A stretch of 32,000 nt of DNA, from contig NZ_CP061287.1 in NCBI RefSeq assembly GCF_018687275.1, positions 1,880,212 through 1,912,211 of the forward strand. The letters are read 5' to 3'. Below the pieces are notes generated by a model. That model was not told where the DNA came from. It worked only from the letters and a program-made list of their open reading frames with translations, and did not search any database. Both the position numbers and the translations under genes were made by a program. This document shows, in pieces, positions 1 to 9,992 of the stretch (positions are counted from its first letter, which is position 1; each line of letters starts with the position of its first letter). This DNA is from Polynucleobacter sp. MWH-Aus1W21 (GTDB lineage Bacteria > Pseudomonadota > Gammaproteobacteria > Burkholderiales > Burkholderiaceae).

Positions 1-532
1 CTGAACCAACAACCGGGATAGCGCTTCCTGCCGTAGCGCTTCCAATACTGATGGCATAGGAAGAGGTCAATGTACTCGTGCCCGAACCTCCTCCAGAGCC
101 ACTTGTAATAGCTGGACCCCAAGCACCGTAGGTTTGATACTGAAAACCTTGTAAATATGGATTTGGTGTAATTCCTATGGTTGAACCAGCTTTATCCTTA
201 AGAAAATAATTGCCACCGCTAGAATCCAAGAAAATTGTGGATCCATTTGCAATACTAAAAGTAATTGTCGTACCTCCAAATGGAGTAAATGTTGCGCTAT
301 TTAAATTTCTGGCGCCATCAAAAATCATTGAACCCGAGATGCTTGAATCTTGTTGGGAAATGGAGCCTACAGAAGACACTGAGGATGAGTTGCCAGCAGT
401 AAAATTAACCGCTGAATTTGGAGAACTTGCATTCCAGCTAGTAAATGCATTTACAACACCACTGTTATTCGTTTTGGCACCGGAACAAGCAACAAGCAAG
501 AAAAGTGTAATTAATATTAGTATGTATTTCAT
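1..532 (-). CDS. Putative lipoprotein (C-terminal part lies outside the window)
   Basis: Minus-strand ATG at 532-530 is followed by MKYILILITLFLLVAC|SGAK, with lipobox L-V-A-C. I checked this frame codon by codon and it has no stop down to position 2. The mature part is S/G/T/N-rich. It is missing from the ORF track because it runs off the window. The + ORF 210..566 is its antisense shadow. Confidence 0.6.
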   Translation of the reverse strand, partial: MKYILILITLFLLVACSGAKTNNSGVVNAFTSWNASSPNSAVNFTAGNSSSVSSVGSISQQDSSISGSMIFDGARNLNSATFTPFGGTTITFSIANGSTIFLDSSGGNYFLKDKAGSTIGITPNPYLQGFQYQTYGAWGPAITSGSGGGSGTSTLTSSYAISIGSATAGSAIPVVGS

Positions 533-679
533 AATTTACTTTATGGTGAATATCAAATCATCTTAAACTATTTTTTACAGATCTTGAGCATGACTACCAT
601 TAACGCCAATAAATGGCACTCCTAAAGGCTTGACTTTCTATTTTCTTATATAAAATGGTGATTCTGCTAAAAATATAGA

Positions 680-989
680 TTAAACAATTAGAATATTATT
701 TAGTAAAAAACTAATCGCAATACTTAGTGCTAGTGGGGTAATTATAGTTGACGTATAGGTCAATAAAAAATAATGGGGTGCATAGATCTCTAGCGAAATT
801 TGCCTGCAAAAACATAAGAAATTTTTTTGAAACTCTAATATTAGAAGAGGTATTTGCTCTCGCAAAACCAAGAACAATATACGCCCCTGAAATTGCGACA
901 ATACCCATATAAAAATATCGGGCTTCACATGGAAAATCGATAAAACTAGAATAATAAAACTCTGCAGTTCGTGACCAAAATGGAATCAA
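680..989 (-). pseudogene. Frameshifted C-terminal remnant of an acyltransferase-3 family gene
   Basis: Minus ORFs 711..989 and 680..928 are in different frames. They align piecewise to the C-terminus of the intact neighbour 1641..2690 (IPFWSRTA..., YFY.G.VAI.GA, then SL.IYA.HYF.L.Y). The first ~250 codons of such a gene are absent. Confidence 0.6.
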
Positions 990-1457
990 GCAAATAAAAA
1001 CTAAAATAGCTCTTTATCCATCTATATCTGGGCGGTATTTAGAGTGCAATTAAGTAAGAGAGTGTGCTTTTGACATAAGTAGTTATGAAAATTGCTTATT
1101 TATACAACAACCTTTTATCATCCATAAATAATATAAACACCAAATCGCTTAAAAAAATCAAGGTAAAGGGGTTATCTGGATGGGACCCTTTTTAAAAAAT
1201 ATGGGCTAGGGGTATGGTACGGACAGCTTCTAGAAAAGCGTAAAGGGGTATCAGCCCATCTAGTATTCGGATGGCATGCGTCCTACTGAGCCATCATAAA
1301 CATCGATTTGCGCTTAGCTAATATGCTTATAGATTCAGTCTCATACAACTCTTGTTCTACTTTTTCGAGACCCAATTTGGTCCCACTAGTTTGTTAATTT
1401 AACTAAGCAGAGTTCGACTCTTTGACTTTTAATTTTTCTTAGTTCGTTGTTTTTACT

Positions 1458-1586
1458 GGGCTTCCCACCGCAGTTCAAGTTGCCCTACTCACAATCTACG
1501 ATATGTGCAAAGCAGTAGATCGTGGCATGGTCATGGGTGATATCAAACTCTTAGAAAAGAGTGGTGCTTGGGAAGCAGGAAAGTAA
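1458..1586 (+). pseudogene. moaC: 3'-terminal fragment of moaC (cyclic pyranopterin monophosphate synthase)
   Basis: This frame is open only from 1443 (TAG at 1440-1442). It reads [42 protein letters not shown], which matches the conserved MoaC C-terminus (..[11 protein letters not shown]....LL.KSGG). There is no start codon and no MoaC-like sequence upstream. Confidence 0.65.
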
Positions 1587-1640
1587 ACGCTAACCTTAGT
1601 AGCTTCAAGAGCATGCAACTTTTAGCATAGCTAACAGCCT

Positions 1641-2690
1641 CTATTTTTCTCCCAATAAAATTGTTCTTAATACTGGGATTCGATTAATTCCATATGACAG
1701 CCCAACACTAAGAAGCAATGGGGCCAAGACCTTGGGTGAGTAGCTCAGGAAAAAGTAGTGGATCGCATATATGCCCAGCGATAACTGACCGCATAAAATT
1801 AAAAAGTTCTGTGCAATGCCTTTTTTCCTCAATGAAACCCATTTTGCAAGACTCAATATTGCAAATGCTCCAGTAATTGCTACCAACCCAGCGTAGAAAT
1901 ATAAAAACTTTGCACCAATAAAAGTTAGGCCCATAGGGTCTACAAAATTATTTGGCGCAGTTCTCGACCAAAATGGAATGAGCGCTAAAAACAATCCACA
2001 TGACACTAAATATTTCCAAGTAGACATGTTGGGATATAGGTAACGATAAAAACCCATACCGAGCAAGTAGTAAAGGAAGTATGGTCGCAATAGGCTGACC
2101 CCAGCACCCCTAGGTGTATGCTCCCTAATCAACAACCAGAGCACAATCATCACGAGAATTTGAATGCGCCCGTCTGAGAGCAACTCAGCAATGTCATTCA
2201 AGCCCACCTTTTGAGACATCAGATAGATCGCTGATAAGAGAATATCGAAAACGCAAGTTAGCATGATGCAATAAAAAATGGCCAGCAAAAACCAGAGTGC
2301 TGTGTCTGGTCGCCTAAAAGCTAGTACCAGAGCTGATAAGACATCACTGCTATGGTGGTATATGAGTTGATTGATTGCGCACCAAGAAATAAAGGGGAGC
2401 AACAATCGAATCACCGCTTTAAATATCTTCGACTTTGCTAGTAGCAAGCTAGCCTTAAAGCCCTGCTCCACCCTCTCGGGCTTAAAGGCGATTGCAGCAA
2501 CAGCGCCCGATAAAAATACGAATAAGGGCATGTGAAACGAGTAGATCACTCTAAACCCAATGAGCTCATCAAAGTTTTGAGCGCTACCCTGAATCACATG
2601 GCCCAATACGACCAGGATGATTGCCAATCCTTTGGCAATATCCAAAAATGCATCTCTATCTTCCGATCTCCAAGAGGAATTTTTCAGCAT
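1641..2690 (-). CDS. Acyltransferase family 3 (OafA/YrhL-like) integral membrane protein
   Basis: 349-aa ORF that is hydrophobic throughout (multi-pass). The N-terminal motif RDAFLDIAKGLAIILVVLGHV is typical of acyltransferase_3 proteins. Confidence 0.85.
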   Translation of the reverse strand: MLKNSSWRSEDRDAFLDIAKGLAIILVVLGHVIQGSAQNFDELIGFRVIYSFHMPLFVFLSGAVAAIAFKPERVEQGFKASLLLAKSKIFKAVIRLLLPFISWCAINQLIYHHSSDVLSALVLAFRRPDTALWFLLAIFYCIMLTCVFDILLSAIYLMSQKVGLNDIAELLSDGRIQILVMIVLWLLIREHTPRGAGVSLLRPYFLYYLLGMGFYRYLYPNMSTWKYLVSCGLFLALIPFWSRTAPNNFVDPMGLTFIGAKFLYFYAGLVAITGAFAILSLAKWVSLRKKGIAQNFLILCGQLSLGIYAIHYFFLSYSPKVLAPLLLSVGLSYGINRIPVLRTILLGEK

Positions 2691-2753
2691 GCTACATCCA
2701 TGAGGTATTGATATCAGACATAGCCCATAGGATACATTGAAGGTAGAAAGGCT

Positions 2754-3284
2754 TTACCTAGTAATGCGGCACTCTGAAGGCAATAATTGCGGCAATAAAT
2801 TGGTTTCAGTTGATCGACAAGACCAACCACCCGCCCAAGTTGAACCTTCTGGCTTTGATAGATCTAATGCCCTAGGTGCATTTGCATCAGGTTCATTGGT
2901 GGGAACTAAATGGAGGGTATTTTTACCCTCTGGAGCCACGCTTACTTGATAGTCAATTGCAATAGCGCCAGATGGTGTGATTTCTATTAACTTAACACTA
3001 CGAGTTGGCGTAAAAGTGAAAGCCCCACTAGTTGCATCATCCATTGATACAGTTCCACGACTTGCAAAAGCCTCCGTTACGGCGAGCTTAGCGCTGGATG
3101 ACAAATTCATACCTTCCACAACGCGACTTCGAGCGATGTAATCTTGATATTGAGGTACCGCTACCGCAACTAAGATACCAATAATGGCCACGACAACCAT
3201 CACCTCGATCAAAGTAAATCCAGATTCTAGATTTTGATCTTGAGGGGTTTTGAGATTTTCAAATTGGCTACTAATGCTTTGCAT
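2754..3284 (-). CDS. Type IV pilin (PilA/PilE-like major pilin)
   Basis: Prepilin motif G|FTLIEVMVVVAIIGILVAVAVPQYQDYIARSR. A C-terminal Cys pair (WSCRSTETNLLPQLLPSEC) forms the disulfide loop. AGGAG lies 9 nt upstream of the ATG at 3284. Confidence 0.9.
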   Translation of the reverse strand: MQSISSQFENLKTPQDQNLESGFTLIEVMVVVAIIGILVAVAVPQYQDYIARSRVVEGMNLSSSAKLAVTEAFASRGTVSMDDATSGAFTFTPTRSVKLIEITPSGAIAIDYQVSVAPEGKNTLHLVPTNEPDANAPRALDLSKPEGSTWAGGWSCRSTETNLLPQLLPSECRITR

Positions 3285-3357
3285 ATATTCTGGCTCCTAA
3301 GGTGAAATACCTCATGATCCAGTCTACGCCTTTTGCATTCAAGGGCAGTTACAAATG

Positions 3358-3385
3358 AAAAAGCCGGCTGTGAAGGCCGGCTTTT
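3358..3385 (-). terminator. Rho-independent terminator downstream of the TerC-family gene
   Basis: Perfect GC-rich hairpin AAAGCCGGC-N-GCCGGCTTT, followed on the minus strand by TTTTTCATTT. It lies about 20 nt after the stop at 3406. Confidence 0.6.
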
Positions 3386-3405
3386 CTGATTCATCCGTAA
3401 GAAAA

Positions 3406-4110
3406 TCAATGCGCTTTTGCAGCGTTCTTCTTCTTAAGATAAGTGCCCGCCAAAATTACAATAGCGACACCAATAACCTCAAAAGCAAGCTTGGCATCAC
3501 CTAATGCAGCCTGAATGCTGTCTTTGATCGCAGGATCATCCACCAACATACCGCCAGCCAACAAACCTAAAAGGCCAGCACCCAAAGTAATAATGATTGG
3601 GAAACGCTCCATCACCTTCAACAGCATGGCGCTACCAAAAATGATCAACGGAATAGACATTCCCAAGCCAATAATCAACAAGAGTAGACGAGTCTCTTCC
3701 GGACCTTTTTGAGCTGCAGCTGCAACAGCCAATACGTTGTCCAAACTCATTACTAGGTCGGCAATTAAGATCGTACGAATAGCGGCCCAAATGCTGGTCT
3801 TGGCTTCCATATGTTCTTCGCCACCGCTATCCGATAAAAGCTGAATACCGATATAGAGCAATAACAAACCGCCAACGATTTTTAAGTACGGCAAAGTAAG
3901 CAATGCTACTGCTGTAATAGTAAGCACTACCCGCAAAACAATTGCGGCAGCACTGCCCCAGAAAATCGCTTTCTTTTGCTGTGCTGGCGGCAAGTTGCGT
4001 GATGCTAAAGCGATCACAACTGCGTTATCACCGGATAGCAAAATATTTGCAACGATGATTGATAAGAGCGCTGCCCAAAAGGTAGCGTCTGAAAATGCTG
4101 ATAAATCCAT
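3406..4110 (-). CDS. TerC-family integral membrane protein (YjbE-like)
   Basis: 234-aa multi-pass protein with the duplicated TerC signature LLSGDNAVVIALA ... MSLDNVLAVAAAA. AGGAGA lies 5 nt upstream of the ATG. Confidence 0.85.
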   Translation of the reverse strand: MDLSAFSDATFWAALLSIIVANILLSGDNAVVIALASRNLPPAQQKKAIFWGSAAAIVLRVVLTITAVALLTLPYLKIVGGLLLLYIGIQLLSDSGGEEHMEAKTSIWAAIRTILIADLVMSLDNVLAVAAAAQKGPEETRLLLLIIGLGMSIPLIIFGSAMLLKVMERFPIIITLGAGLLGLLAGGMLVDDPAIKDSIQAALGDAKLAFEVIGVAIVILAGTYLKKKNAAKAH

Positions 4111-4163
4111 GGTGTCTCCTACGTTTCTCTTATGTTTTATTTTATTTTTAACTACTTGGCACT

Positions 4164-4197
4164 ACAAAAAAGGATGCCGTTTTAGCAGCACCCTTTT
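4164..4197 (-). terminator. Rho-independent terminator after sucD
   Basis: The minus-strand RNA reads AAGGGUGC-loop-GCAUCCUU followed by UUUUUUG. The stem contains a G.U wobble only on the minus strand and a mismatch on the plus strand. It lies about 12 nt after the sucD stop. Confidence 0.55.
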
Positions 4198-4209
4198 CCA
4201 AAACACTAA

Positions 4210-5103
4210 TTACAACATGGCTTTCAATAAAGCAGCCATTTCTGATGGATTCTTTGTGACTTTGAAGCCACATTCTTCCATTACAGCCAATTTCGCATCA
4301 GCAGTATCGGCACCGCCAGAAATCAACGCGCCTGCGTGACCCATACGCTTGCCTGGAGGCGCTGTTACGCCGGCAATAAAGCCAACTACTGGCTTTTTCA
4401 TATTGTCTTTGCACCAGCGAGCAGCTTCAGCCTCGTCTGGACCGCCGATTTCACCAATCATGATCACAGCATCAGTCTCTGGATCTTCATTGAACATTCT
4501 CATAATATCGATGTGCTTCAAACCATTGATTGGGTCGCCACCGATACCAACTGCTGTGGACTGACCTAAACCAATTGATGTCAACTGACCAACCGCTTCA
4601 TAAGTCAATGTACCGGAACGGCTAACAACACCAATGCGGCCTTTCTTATGAATATGACCAGGCATGATGCCGATCTTGATTTCATCTGGAGTGATGATGC
4701 CTGGGCAGTTAGGGCCAAGCAATAAAGTCTTTTTGCCGCCAGCAGCTTCTTTTGCATGCATCTTATTACGCACTTCAAGCATGTCACGCACAGGAATGCC
4801 TTCAGTAATACAGATAACGAAGTCGAGGTCAGCCTCAACCGCTTCCCAAATCGCAGCAGCAGCACCTGGAGGCGGTACATAAATTACAGAAGTGGTTGCA
4901 CCAGTTTGCTGAGCAGCCTCTTTAACAGTTCCATAAATTGGAATGTTAAAAATAGACTCACCAGCTTTTTTAGGGTTTACACCGGCAACGAAACAATTCT
5001 TACCGTTTGCGTATTCCTGACATTTTTCAGTATGGAACTGACCTGTCTTACCAGTAATACCTTGTGTAATGACTTTGGTGTTTTTATTGATCAAAATAGA
5101 CAT
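4210..5103 (-). CDS. sucD: Succinyl-CoA ligase (ADP-forming) subunit alpha
   Basis: 297 aa. [21 protein letters not shown]...[10 protein letters not shown]...GHAGA is canonical SucD, including the phosphohistidine loop. Confidence 0.97.
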   Translation of the reverse strand: MSILINKNTKVITQGITGKTGQFHTEKCQEYANGKNCFVAGVNPKKAGESIFNIPIYGTVKEAAQQTGATTSVIYVPPPGAAAAIWEAVEADLDFVICITEGIPVRDMLEVRNKMHAKEAAGGKKTLLLGPNCPGIITPDEIKIGIMPGHIHKKGRIGVVSRSGTLTYEAVGQLTSIGLGQSTAVGIGGDPINGLKHIDIMRMFNEDPETDAVIMIGEIGGPDEAEAARWCKDNMKKPVVGFIAGVTAPPGKRMGHAGALISGGADTADAKLAVMEECGFKVTKNPSEMAALLKAML

Positions 5104-5118
5104 ATTGAAATTCCTGAA

Positions 5119-6288
5119 TTATTTGTTTTTGGCAACAGCAGCAACTACCTTTGTAGCGGCTTCAGCCATTGAGTCGGCGCTAATAATTGGCAAACCTGAG
5201 TCCGCAAGAATCTTCTTGCCCAACTCTTCGTTTGTACCCTTCATACGCACGACCAAAGGTACCGTGAGGTTTACTGCTTTACATGCAGTAACAACACCGT
5301 CAGCAATCACATCGCAACGCATAATGCCGCCGAAGATGTTTACCAAAATTGCTTCAACACTCTTGTTCTTCAACATGATCTTGAATGCTTCAGTAACTTT
5401 TTCTGCTGTAGCACCACCACCAACGTCTAAGAAGTTTGCAGGTTCGCCACCAAACAACTTAATAGTGTCCATTGTGGCCATCGCCAAGCCCGCACCATTA
5501 ACCAAACAGCCAATATTGCCGTCGAGAGAGATGTAAGCGAGGTCAAATTTGGAAGCCTCGATTTCAGCGGCATCTTCCTCATCGATATCGCGGTAAGCAA
5601 CGATTTCTGGATGACGGAACAATGCATTTGGATCAAAGTTGAACTTTGCGTCCAAAGCCTTGATTTTGCCGTTACCTTCGAGAATTAATGGGTTGATTTC
5701 AACCAATGATGCATCGGTATCCCAGTAAGTCTTGTAAAGATTTTTGAATACGTCACGTGCCATTGGAATAGACGCCTCAGGAACGCCAATACCTTTAGCA
5801 ACAATGTCGCAATCCGCATCTGTCAAACCAACCATTGGATCAACAAATACTTTGATAATTTTTTCTGGGTGAGATTCTGCAACTTCTTCAATATCCATAC
5901 CGCCTTCGCTAGAGGCCATGATCACATTCTTCTGTGTGCCACGGTCTGTAACGATACTGAAGTAGTACTCTTTTTTAATATCAGCGCCATCTTCAATTAA
6001 GAGGCGATTTACTTTTTGACCTTCAGGTCCAGTTTGATGCGTCTTGAGCTGCATGCCCAAAATTTCAGAAGCATATTTCTTCACTTCGTCCATGCTTCTA
6101 GCCAATTTCACACCACCGCCTTTACCGCGACCACCAGCATGAATCTGTGCCTTCACAACCCATACTGGGCCTCCCAGTTTTTCAGCAGCTTTCACCGCCT
6201 CATCAACACTAAATGCAGGGATGCCGTTAGGAACTGGCACATTAAATTGGCGAAGAAGTTCTTTGCCTTGGTACTCGTGAATTTTCAT
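5119..6288 (-). CDS. sucC: Succinyl-CoA ligase (ADP-forming) subunit beta
   Basis: 389 aa. [20 protein letters not shown]...[18 protein letters not shown] is the canonical SucC ATP-grasp N-terminus. GGAG RBS is present. It ends 15 nt upstream of sucD. Confidence 0.97.
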   Translation of the reverse strand: MKIHEYQGKELLRQFNVPVPNGIPAFSVDEAVKAAEKLGGPVWVVKAQIHAGGRGKGGGVKLARSMDEVKKYASEILGMQLKTHQTGPEGQKVNRLLIEDGADIKKEYYFSIVTDRGTQKNVIMASSEGGMDIEEVAESHPEKIIKVFVDPMVGLTDADCDIVAKGIGVPEASIPMARDVFKNLYKTYWDTDASLVEINPLILEGNGKIKALDAKFNFDPNALFRHPEIVAYRDIDEEDAAEIEASKFDLAYISLDGNIGCLVNGAGLAMATMDTIKLFGGEPANFLDVGGGATAEKVTEAFKIMLKNKSVEAILVNIFGGIMRCDVIADGVVTACKAVNLTVPLVVRMKGTNEELGKKILADSGLPIISADSMAEAATKVVAAVAKNK

Positions 6289-6476
6289 AATTACTCCGAA
6301 ACGGTATCTTTTTTAGCAAGCAATGAGGATAAGTTAAACCGATGTTGCCTTGATCCCATGCTTACTCTAGAAATAGCTAAATTAGCCAATTTTGAATAAA
6401 TGCGAACGGCTTGACCGACTCCATAAGTCTATCATGCTGCAACGCCGCAAATAGGGTTTTCTGATCCGTAATTGCC

Positions 6477-6998
6477 CTAATCAGGGGTTTGTCCGCCAAT
6501 GATCTTGGCAACGATATCCGATCCAAAGCCCTTAGAAGCTAGAAATCGATATTGTCGAGCACGCTCTTTTTGATCCGTGGCTCGCTGACCATATTTGCGC
6601 ATCCAAAGCTCGTAGGCGCGCTGAAATTCAGTCTCTTTTAATGCTCCCAGCAATTTGGCTGACTGCTTTGAATCTACACCCGCCCTTTCGAGCTCGTCGG
6701 CAATCTTTCTCATGCCGTACCGCTCACTACGACGACGAACCAAGGCCTCCGCAAAACGCTCATCAGACAACCACCCACGAGCCTCAAAATCATCCAAAAC
6801 TGCCTCAATTTGGATATTTCTAGCCTCTGGAGTTTGCTCGGCCTGATCTCCACCTAATTTACCCCATCTAGCCTCAGATTCAGCTAATTTGGCAGCCAAG
6901 CTCTTGCGACTATATTCCCGTAGGGATAAAAGTCGCAAAGCCCGAGCTTTGAGACTCGGGCTTTGTTTGGGCTTTTTATTGCTACTTAAATCTGACAT
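6477..6998 (-). CDS. recX: Recombination regulator RecX
   Basis: Lies immediately downstream of recA. The protein is helical and Arg-rich (ALRLLSLREYSRKSL...ALVRRRSERYGMRKI...RQYRFLASKGF). The ORF track starts at a TTG (7010). I prefer the first ATG (6998, MSDLSS...), but the start remains uncertain. Confidence 0.85.
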   Translation of the reverse strand: MSDLSSNKKPKQSPSLKARALRLLSLREYSRKSLAAKLAESEARWGKLGGDQAEQTPEARNIQIEAVLDDFEARGWLSDERFAEALVRRRSERYGMRKIADELERAGVDSKQSAKLLGALKETEFQRAYELWMRKYGQRATDQKERARQYRFLASKGFGSDIVAKIIGGQTPD

Positions 6999-7015
6999 TG
7001 AATTATTCAACGCTG

Positions 7016-8107
7016 TTATTCGACTTCTTCTTCCTCAGCAAGTACATCAGTCACTACTGCTGAACCAGCCTTGACACCAAGCTTCTCACGAATCTTTTTC
7101 TCGATATCTTGAGCAATAGCTGGATTCTCTTTTAAGAACTCACGCACATTATCTTTACCCTGACCAATGCGGTCGCCGTTGTAGCTATACCAAGAGCCTG
7201 ACTTTTCAACGAGGTCTGCTTCGACACCCATATCAATAATTTCGCCTTCTCTAGAAATACCAGCGCCGTACATGATGTCAAAAATGGCTTCACGGAATGG
7301 AGGGGAAACTTTGTTCTTCACAACCTTAACGCGAGTTTCGTTACCAACAACCTCATCACCTTTTTTGATGCTACCGATACGGCGAATGTCTAAACGCATA
7401 GATGCATAGAACTTCAGAGCATTGCCGCCAGTGGTTGTCTCTGGTGAACCAAACATCACACCAATTTTCATACGAATCTGATTAATAAAGATCACGGTAG
7501 TGTTAGTGCGCTTGATTGCGCCGGTCAACTTACGCAAGGCCTGACTCATCAAACGAGCTTGCAAGCCAGGCAAAGAGTCGCCCATATCGCCTTCGATCTC
7601 AGCCTTAGGGACTAAGGCAGCAACAGAGTCGATCACGATCAAGTCAATAGAACCAGAGCGCACCAATGCATCTGCAATTTCTAAAGCTTGTTCGCCAGTA
7701 TCTGGCTGAGAGATTAAAAGATTATTTACATCAACACCAAGGCGTGATGCGTACTGAACATCCAGTGCATGCTCTGCATCGATAAACGCGCAAGTACCGC
7801 CGAGCTTTTGCATTTCTGCGATTGCGTGCAATGTGAGCGTTGTTTTGCCAGAAGATTCTGGGCCATAAATTTCAATTACACGACCGCGCGCCAAACCACC
7901 AACTCCAAGAGCAATATCCAACCCCAGTGAACCGCTTGATACCACCTGAATATCTTGACTAATTTCAGCATCACCCAATCGCATGATTGAGCCTTTACCA
8001 AATTGCTTCTCAATTTGCGCCAGTGCTGCTGTTAGTGCTTTTTGCTTGTCTCCGCTCATTCCTTCAAATTCTGAAGAGGCTGATTTTCTTTTGTCATCCA
8101 AGGCCAT
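7016..8107 (-). CDS. recA: Recombinase RecA
   Basis: 363 aa. [18 protein letters not shown], Walker [11 protein letters not shown] and [30 protein letters not shown] are all diagnostic for RecA. Confidence 0.98.
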   Translation of the reverse strand: MALDDKRKSASSEFEGMSGDKQKALTAALAQIEKQFGKGSIMRLGDAEISQDIQVVSSGSLGLDIALGVGGLARGRVIEIYGPESSGKTTLTLHAIAEMQKLGGTCAFIDAEHALDVQYASRLGVDVNNLLISQPDTGEQALEIADALVRSGSIDLIVIDSVAALVPKAEIEGDMGDSLPGLQARLMSQALRKLTGAIKRTNTTVIFINQIRMKIGVMFGSPETTTGGNALKFYASMRLDIRRIGSIKKGDEVVGNETRVKVVKNKVSPPFREAIFDIMYGAGISREGEIIDMGVEADLVEKSGSWYSYNGDRIGQGKDNVREFLKENPAIAQDIEKKIREKLGVKAGSAVVTDVLAEEEEVE

Positions 8108-8178
8108 TTTTGATTCCCTTTTCGCTATGTACTGGGCTTTTTCCCGAAGTTTTATCTACTGTGTAACAACTTAGGAGT

Positions 8179-8208
8179 TACTGTATATAAAAACAGTAGT
8201 ATTTGCAA
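8179..8208 (-). promoter_or_regulatory. LexA (SOS) box overlapping the putative recA promoter
   Basis: TACTGTATATAAAAACAGTA at 8179-8198 fits CTGT-N8-ACAG. TTGCAA, a -35-like hexamer, is at 8203-8208 on the recA strand. The site lies 72-100 nt upstream of the recA ATG. Confidence 0.75.
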
Positions 8209-8215
8209 GCGACTT

Positions 8216-8758
8216 TTAAAGCGAATTTACGGATTTTTTGCTAGGCTGGGCTTGATTGGCTTGGTCCCAGTAGAAAAAGAGAGGAATAGCCACGGCCCAG
8301 ACTACCCCAACCAGGATAAATCCAGTAATTTGGCCGCCAGGGCCCCATCCCCCAGCCCCCATCCGAATACCTGCTTCATACGACATCGGCCCAGCAATAC
8401 CGCCTAAAACAGCCCCTAAAACGGGTCTTCCTCGCAACCACGTCAAAGAACCATTAATAGTGGTTGCCACCAAAACCCACAAGACCCACATCCACAAGGG
8501 TGATAAGTACGGCGATGGCCAATCATCTCGAAAATCCAAATAACCTAAATGCATGATGAGGGTATCCGCCGCCAAACCAAAGATGAACACTTTGAGTAAA
8601 AGACTGATTTCTGTTCTTGGAGAAGGTGAGCGCCAGGCATGGACAGCTATATAGACAAATGTTCCGAGAGCAGCCCAAAACACCCGTTGATTGGCTGCGC
8701 CCAAGACACAAGCAAACCAACCCGCCTGGAAAAGTAGAAAGTTCCAAAATTTATTCAT
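8216..8758 (-). CDS. Small integral membrane protein (DUF2878-like; family assignment from memory)
   Basis: 180 aa with 4-5 hydrophobic spans. The N-terminus is MNKFWNFLLFQAGWFACVLGAA. Confidence 0.65.
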   Translation of the reverse strand: MNKFWNFLLFQAGWFACVLGAANQRVFWAALGTFVYIAVHAWRSPSPRTEISLLLKVFIFGLAADTLIMHLGYLDFRDDWPSPYLSPLWMWVLWVLVATTINGSLTWLRGRPVLGAVLGGIAGPMSYEAGIRMGAGGWGPGGQITGFILVGVVWAVAIPLFFYWDQANQAQPSKKSVNSL

Positions 8759-8868
8759 GTGCCAGACCGGATCCGTCCAATATCATTCAAAATTGAATCT
8801 TAAGCGAGCACTTAAAAAGCTGCCGCATATAAAAATACAAAAACATCAAACTGGATGAGAGACAAAGT

Positions 8869-9867
8869 ATGAAAAATGCAATTACCAACAAACAGCGTCG
8901 CCTAATGCTACATGGTTGCCTTGCAACAACATTAGCTACTTACTTAAGCGCCAGCTTTTCTCAATCAACTTGGCCACAAAAACCTATTCGCTTTATTGTG
9001 CCATTTGTCCCCGGGGGAACATCCGATATCGTTGCGCGTACGGTTGGTCAAGAACTTTCTCGTCAACTACCTTATCCAGTCATATTGGAAAATAAAGCTG
9101 GTGGTGGCGGTGTCCCAGCTATGCAAGAAGTTGCGAAATCTGCGCCAGATGGTTACACCATGATCCTGGGGCATGTTGGATCCATGGCGGTGAATCCCTA
9201 CATCTTTTCAAATACAGGATATGACGTTAATAAAGACTTTGCTCCAGTCACCCTGCTTGCTACAGTGCCCAGCTTATTTGTTGTAAATCCAGAATTGCCA
9301 GTTGAAAATCTCAAGGAACTCATAGCCTATGCCAAGAACAATCCTGGTAAATTAAATTACGGCTCTGCAGGCAACGCCAGCGCGGGACATCTCGCTATGG
9401 AATACCTTAAGCTGACTACCGGAATGGATATCACCCACATTCCTTACAAGGGAACCGGACCTGCATTAACCGATCTTCTGGCGGGCAGGATTCAAGTTTT
9501 TTCTGCTGGCACCCCCGCCCTATTGCAATACATTCGCTCAGGCAAGCTAAGGGCAATTGCAGTTGGTACACCCCAAAGAATTGCTTCTTTGCCAAACGTT
9601 CCAACTGTTGCGGAATCGGGCTATAAGGGATTTGAATCTGTTCAATGGTATGGAATCCTAGTTCCAGCAAAAACTCCCAAGAACATCATTAAACGCATTC
9701 AGGAGGAATCCTATAAGGCTCTCAGAACACCGGCAGTAGCAGAACGATTTGCAAGCGAAGATGCTGTTATAGGTGGAGGTCCCCCAGCGGAATTTGCTGC
9801 CTTAATAGCCCAACAACAACGCATTTGGAAAGAAGTTGTCTTAAAGGCTAATATTCGCGCCGATTGA
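8869..9867 (+). CDS. Bug-family (TctC-like) tripartite tricarboxylate transporter substrate-binding protein
   Basis: 332 aa with a signal peptide. Bug-family hallmarks are present: PIRFIVPFVPGGTSDIVAR, NYGSAGNASAGHLAME and VPYKG-like IPYKGTGPALTDLLAG. Confidence 0.9.
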   Translation: MKNAITNKQRRLMLHGCLATTLATYLSASFSQSTWPQKPIRFIVPFVPGGTSDIVARTVGQELSRQLPYPVILENKAGGGGVPAMQEVAKSAPDGYTMILGHVGSMAVNPYIFSNTGYDVNKDFAPVTLLATVPSLFVVNPELPVENLKELIAYAKNNPGKLNYGSAGNASAGHLAMEYLKLTTGMDITHIPYKGTGPALTDLLAGRIQVFSAGTPALLQYIRSGKLRAIAVGTPQRIASLPNVPTVAESGYKGFESVQWYGILVPAKTPKNIIKRIQEESYKALRTPAVAERFASEDAVIGGGPPAEFAALIAQQQRIWKEVVLKANIRAD

Positions 9868-9883
9868 GCGCCTGCATAAGAAA

Positions 9884-9910
9884 AGGGCTAGAAGATTCTC
9901 TTCTAGCCCT
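9884..9910 (+). terminator. Hairpin terminator between the Bug gene and the tRNA 3' end
   Basis: AGGGCTAGAAG-ATTCTC-TTCTAGCCCT followed by ATATTT. It lies 17 nt after the stop at 9867. Confidence 0.5.
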
Positions 9911-9915
9911 ATATT

Positions 9916-9992
9916 TGGTGGCGAATCAGGGATTTGAACCCCGGACCTGCGGATTATGATTCCGTCGCTCTAACCAGCTGAGCTAATTCGCC
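9916..9992 (-). tRNA. tRNA with CAT anticodon (elongator tRNA-Met, or tRNA-Ile2 if lysidine-modified)
   Basis: The reverse complement is GGCGAAT TA GCTC AGCTGGTTA GAGC G ACGGA ATCATAA TCCGC AGGTC CGGGG TTCAAAT CCCTG ATTCGCC ACCA. This is 77 nt, folds as a full cloverleaf and has an encoded CCA. A G1-C72 pair and the lack of GGG/CCC in the anticodon stem argue against an initiator tRNA. Confidence 0.9.

Noticed and set aside
210-566. 118-aa + strand ORF at the left edge
   Set aside because: It lies antisense to a better-supported minus-strand lipoprotein gene that has a start codon and a lipobox signal peptide. It has no RBS or recognisable motif, so I treat it as a shadow ORF.
3227-3409. 60-aa minus ORF between the pilin and TerC-family genes, and the + ORFs 3515..3712 and 3995..4339
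   Set aside because: The first spans the pilin RBS and the TerC terminator region. The other two are antisense to the TerC-family gene and sucD. None has supporting signals.
4111-4209. Possible yybP-ykoY (Mn) riboswitch upstream of the TerC-family gene
   Set aside because: Only about 100 nt are available. A third of that is taken up by the sucD terminator hairpin, and I could not recognise the conserved riboswitch core by eye. An Infernal scan would settle it.
4336-6399. Multiple + strand ORFs (4336..4569, 4349..4564, 4664..4882, 4756..5172, 5069..5536, 6016..6399) and minus ORFs 4605..4880 and 5427..5636
   Set aside because: All lie within, or antisense to, the unambiguous sucD and sucC coding frames. 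Their translations are low-complexity with no motifs.
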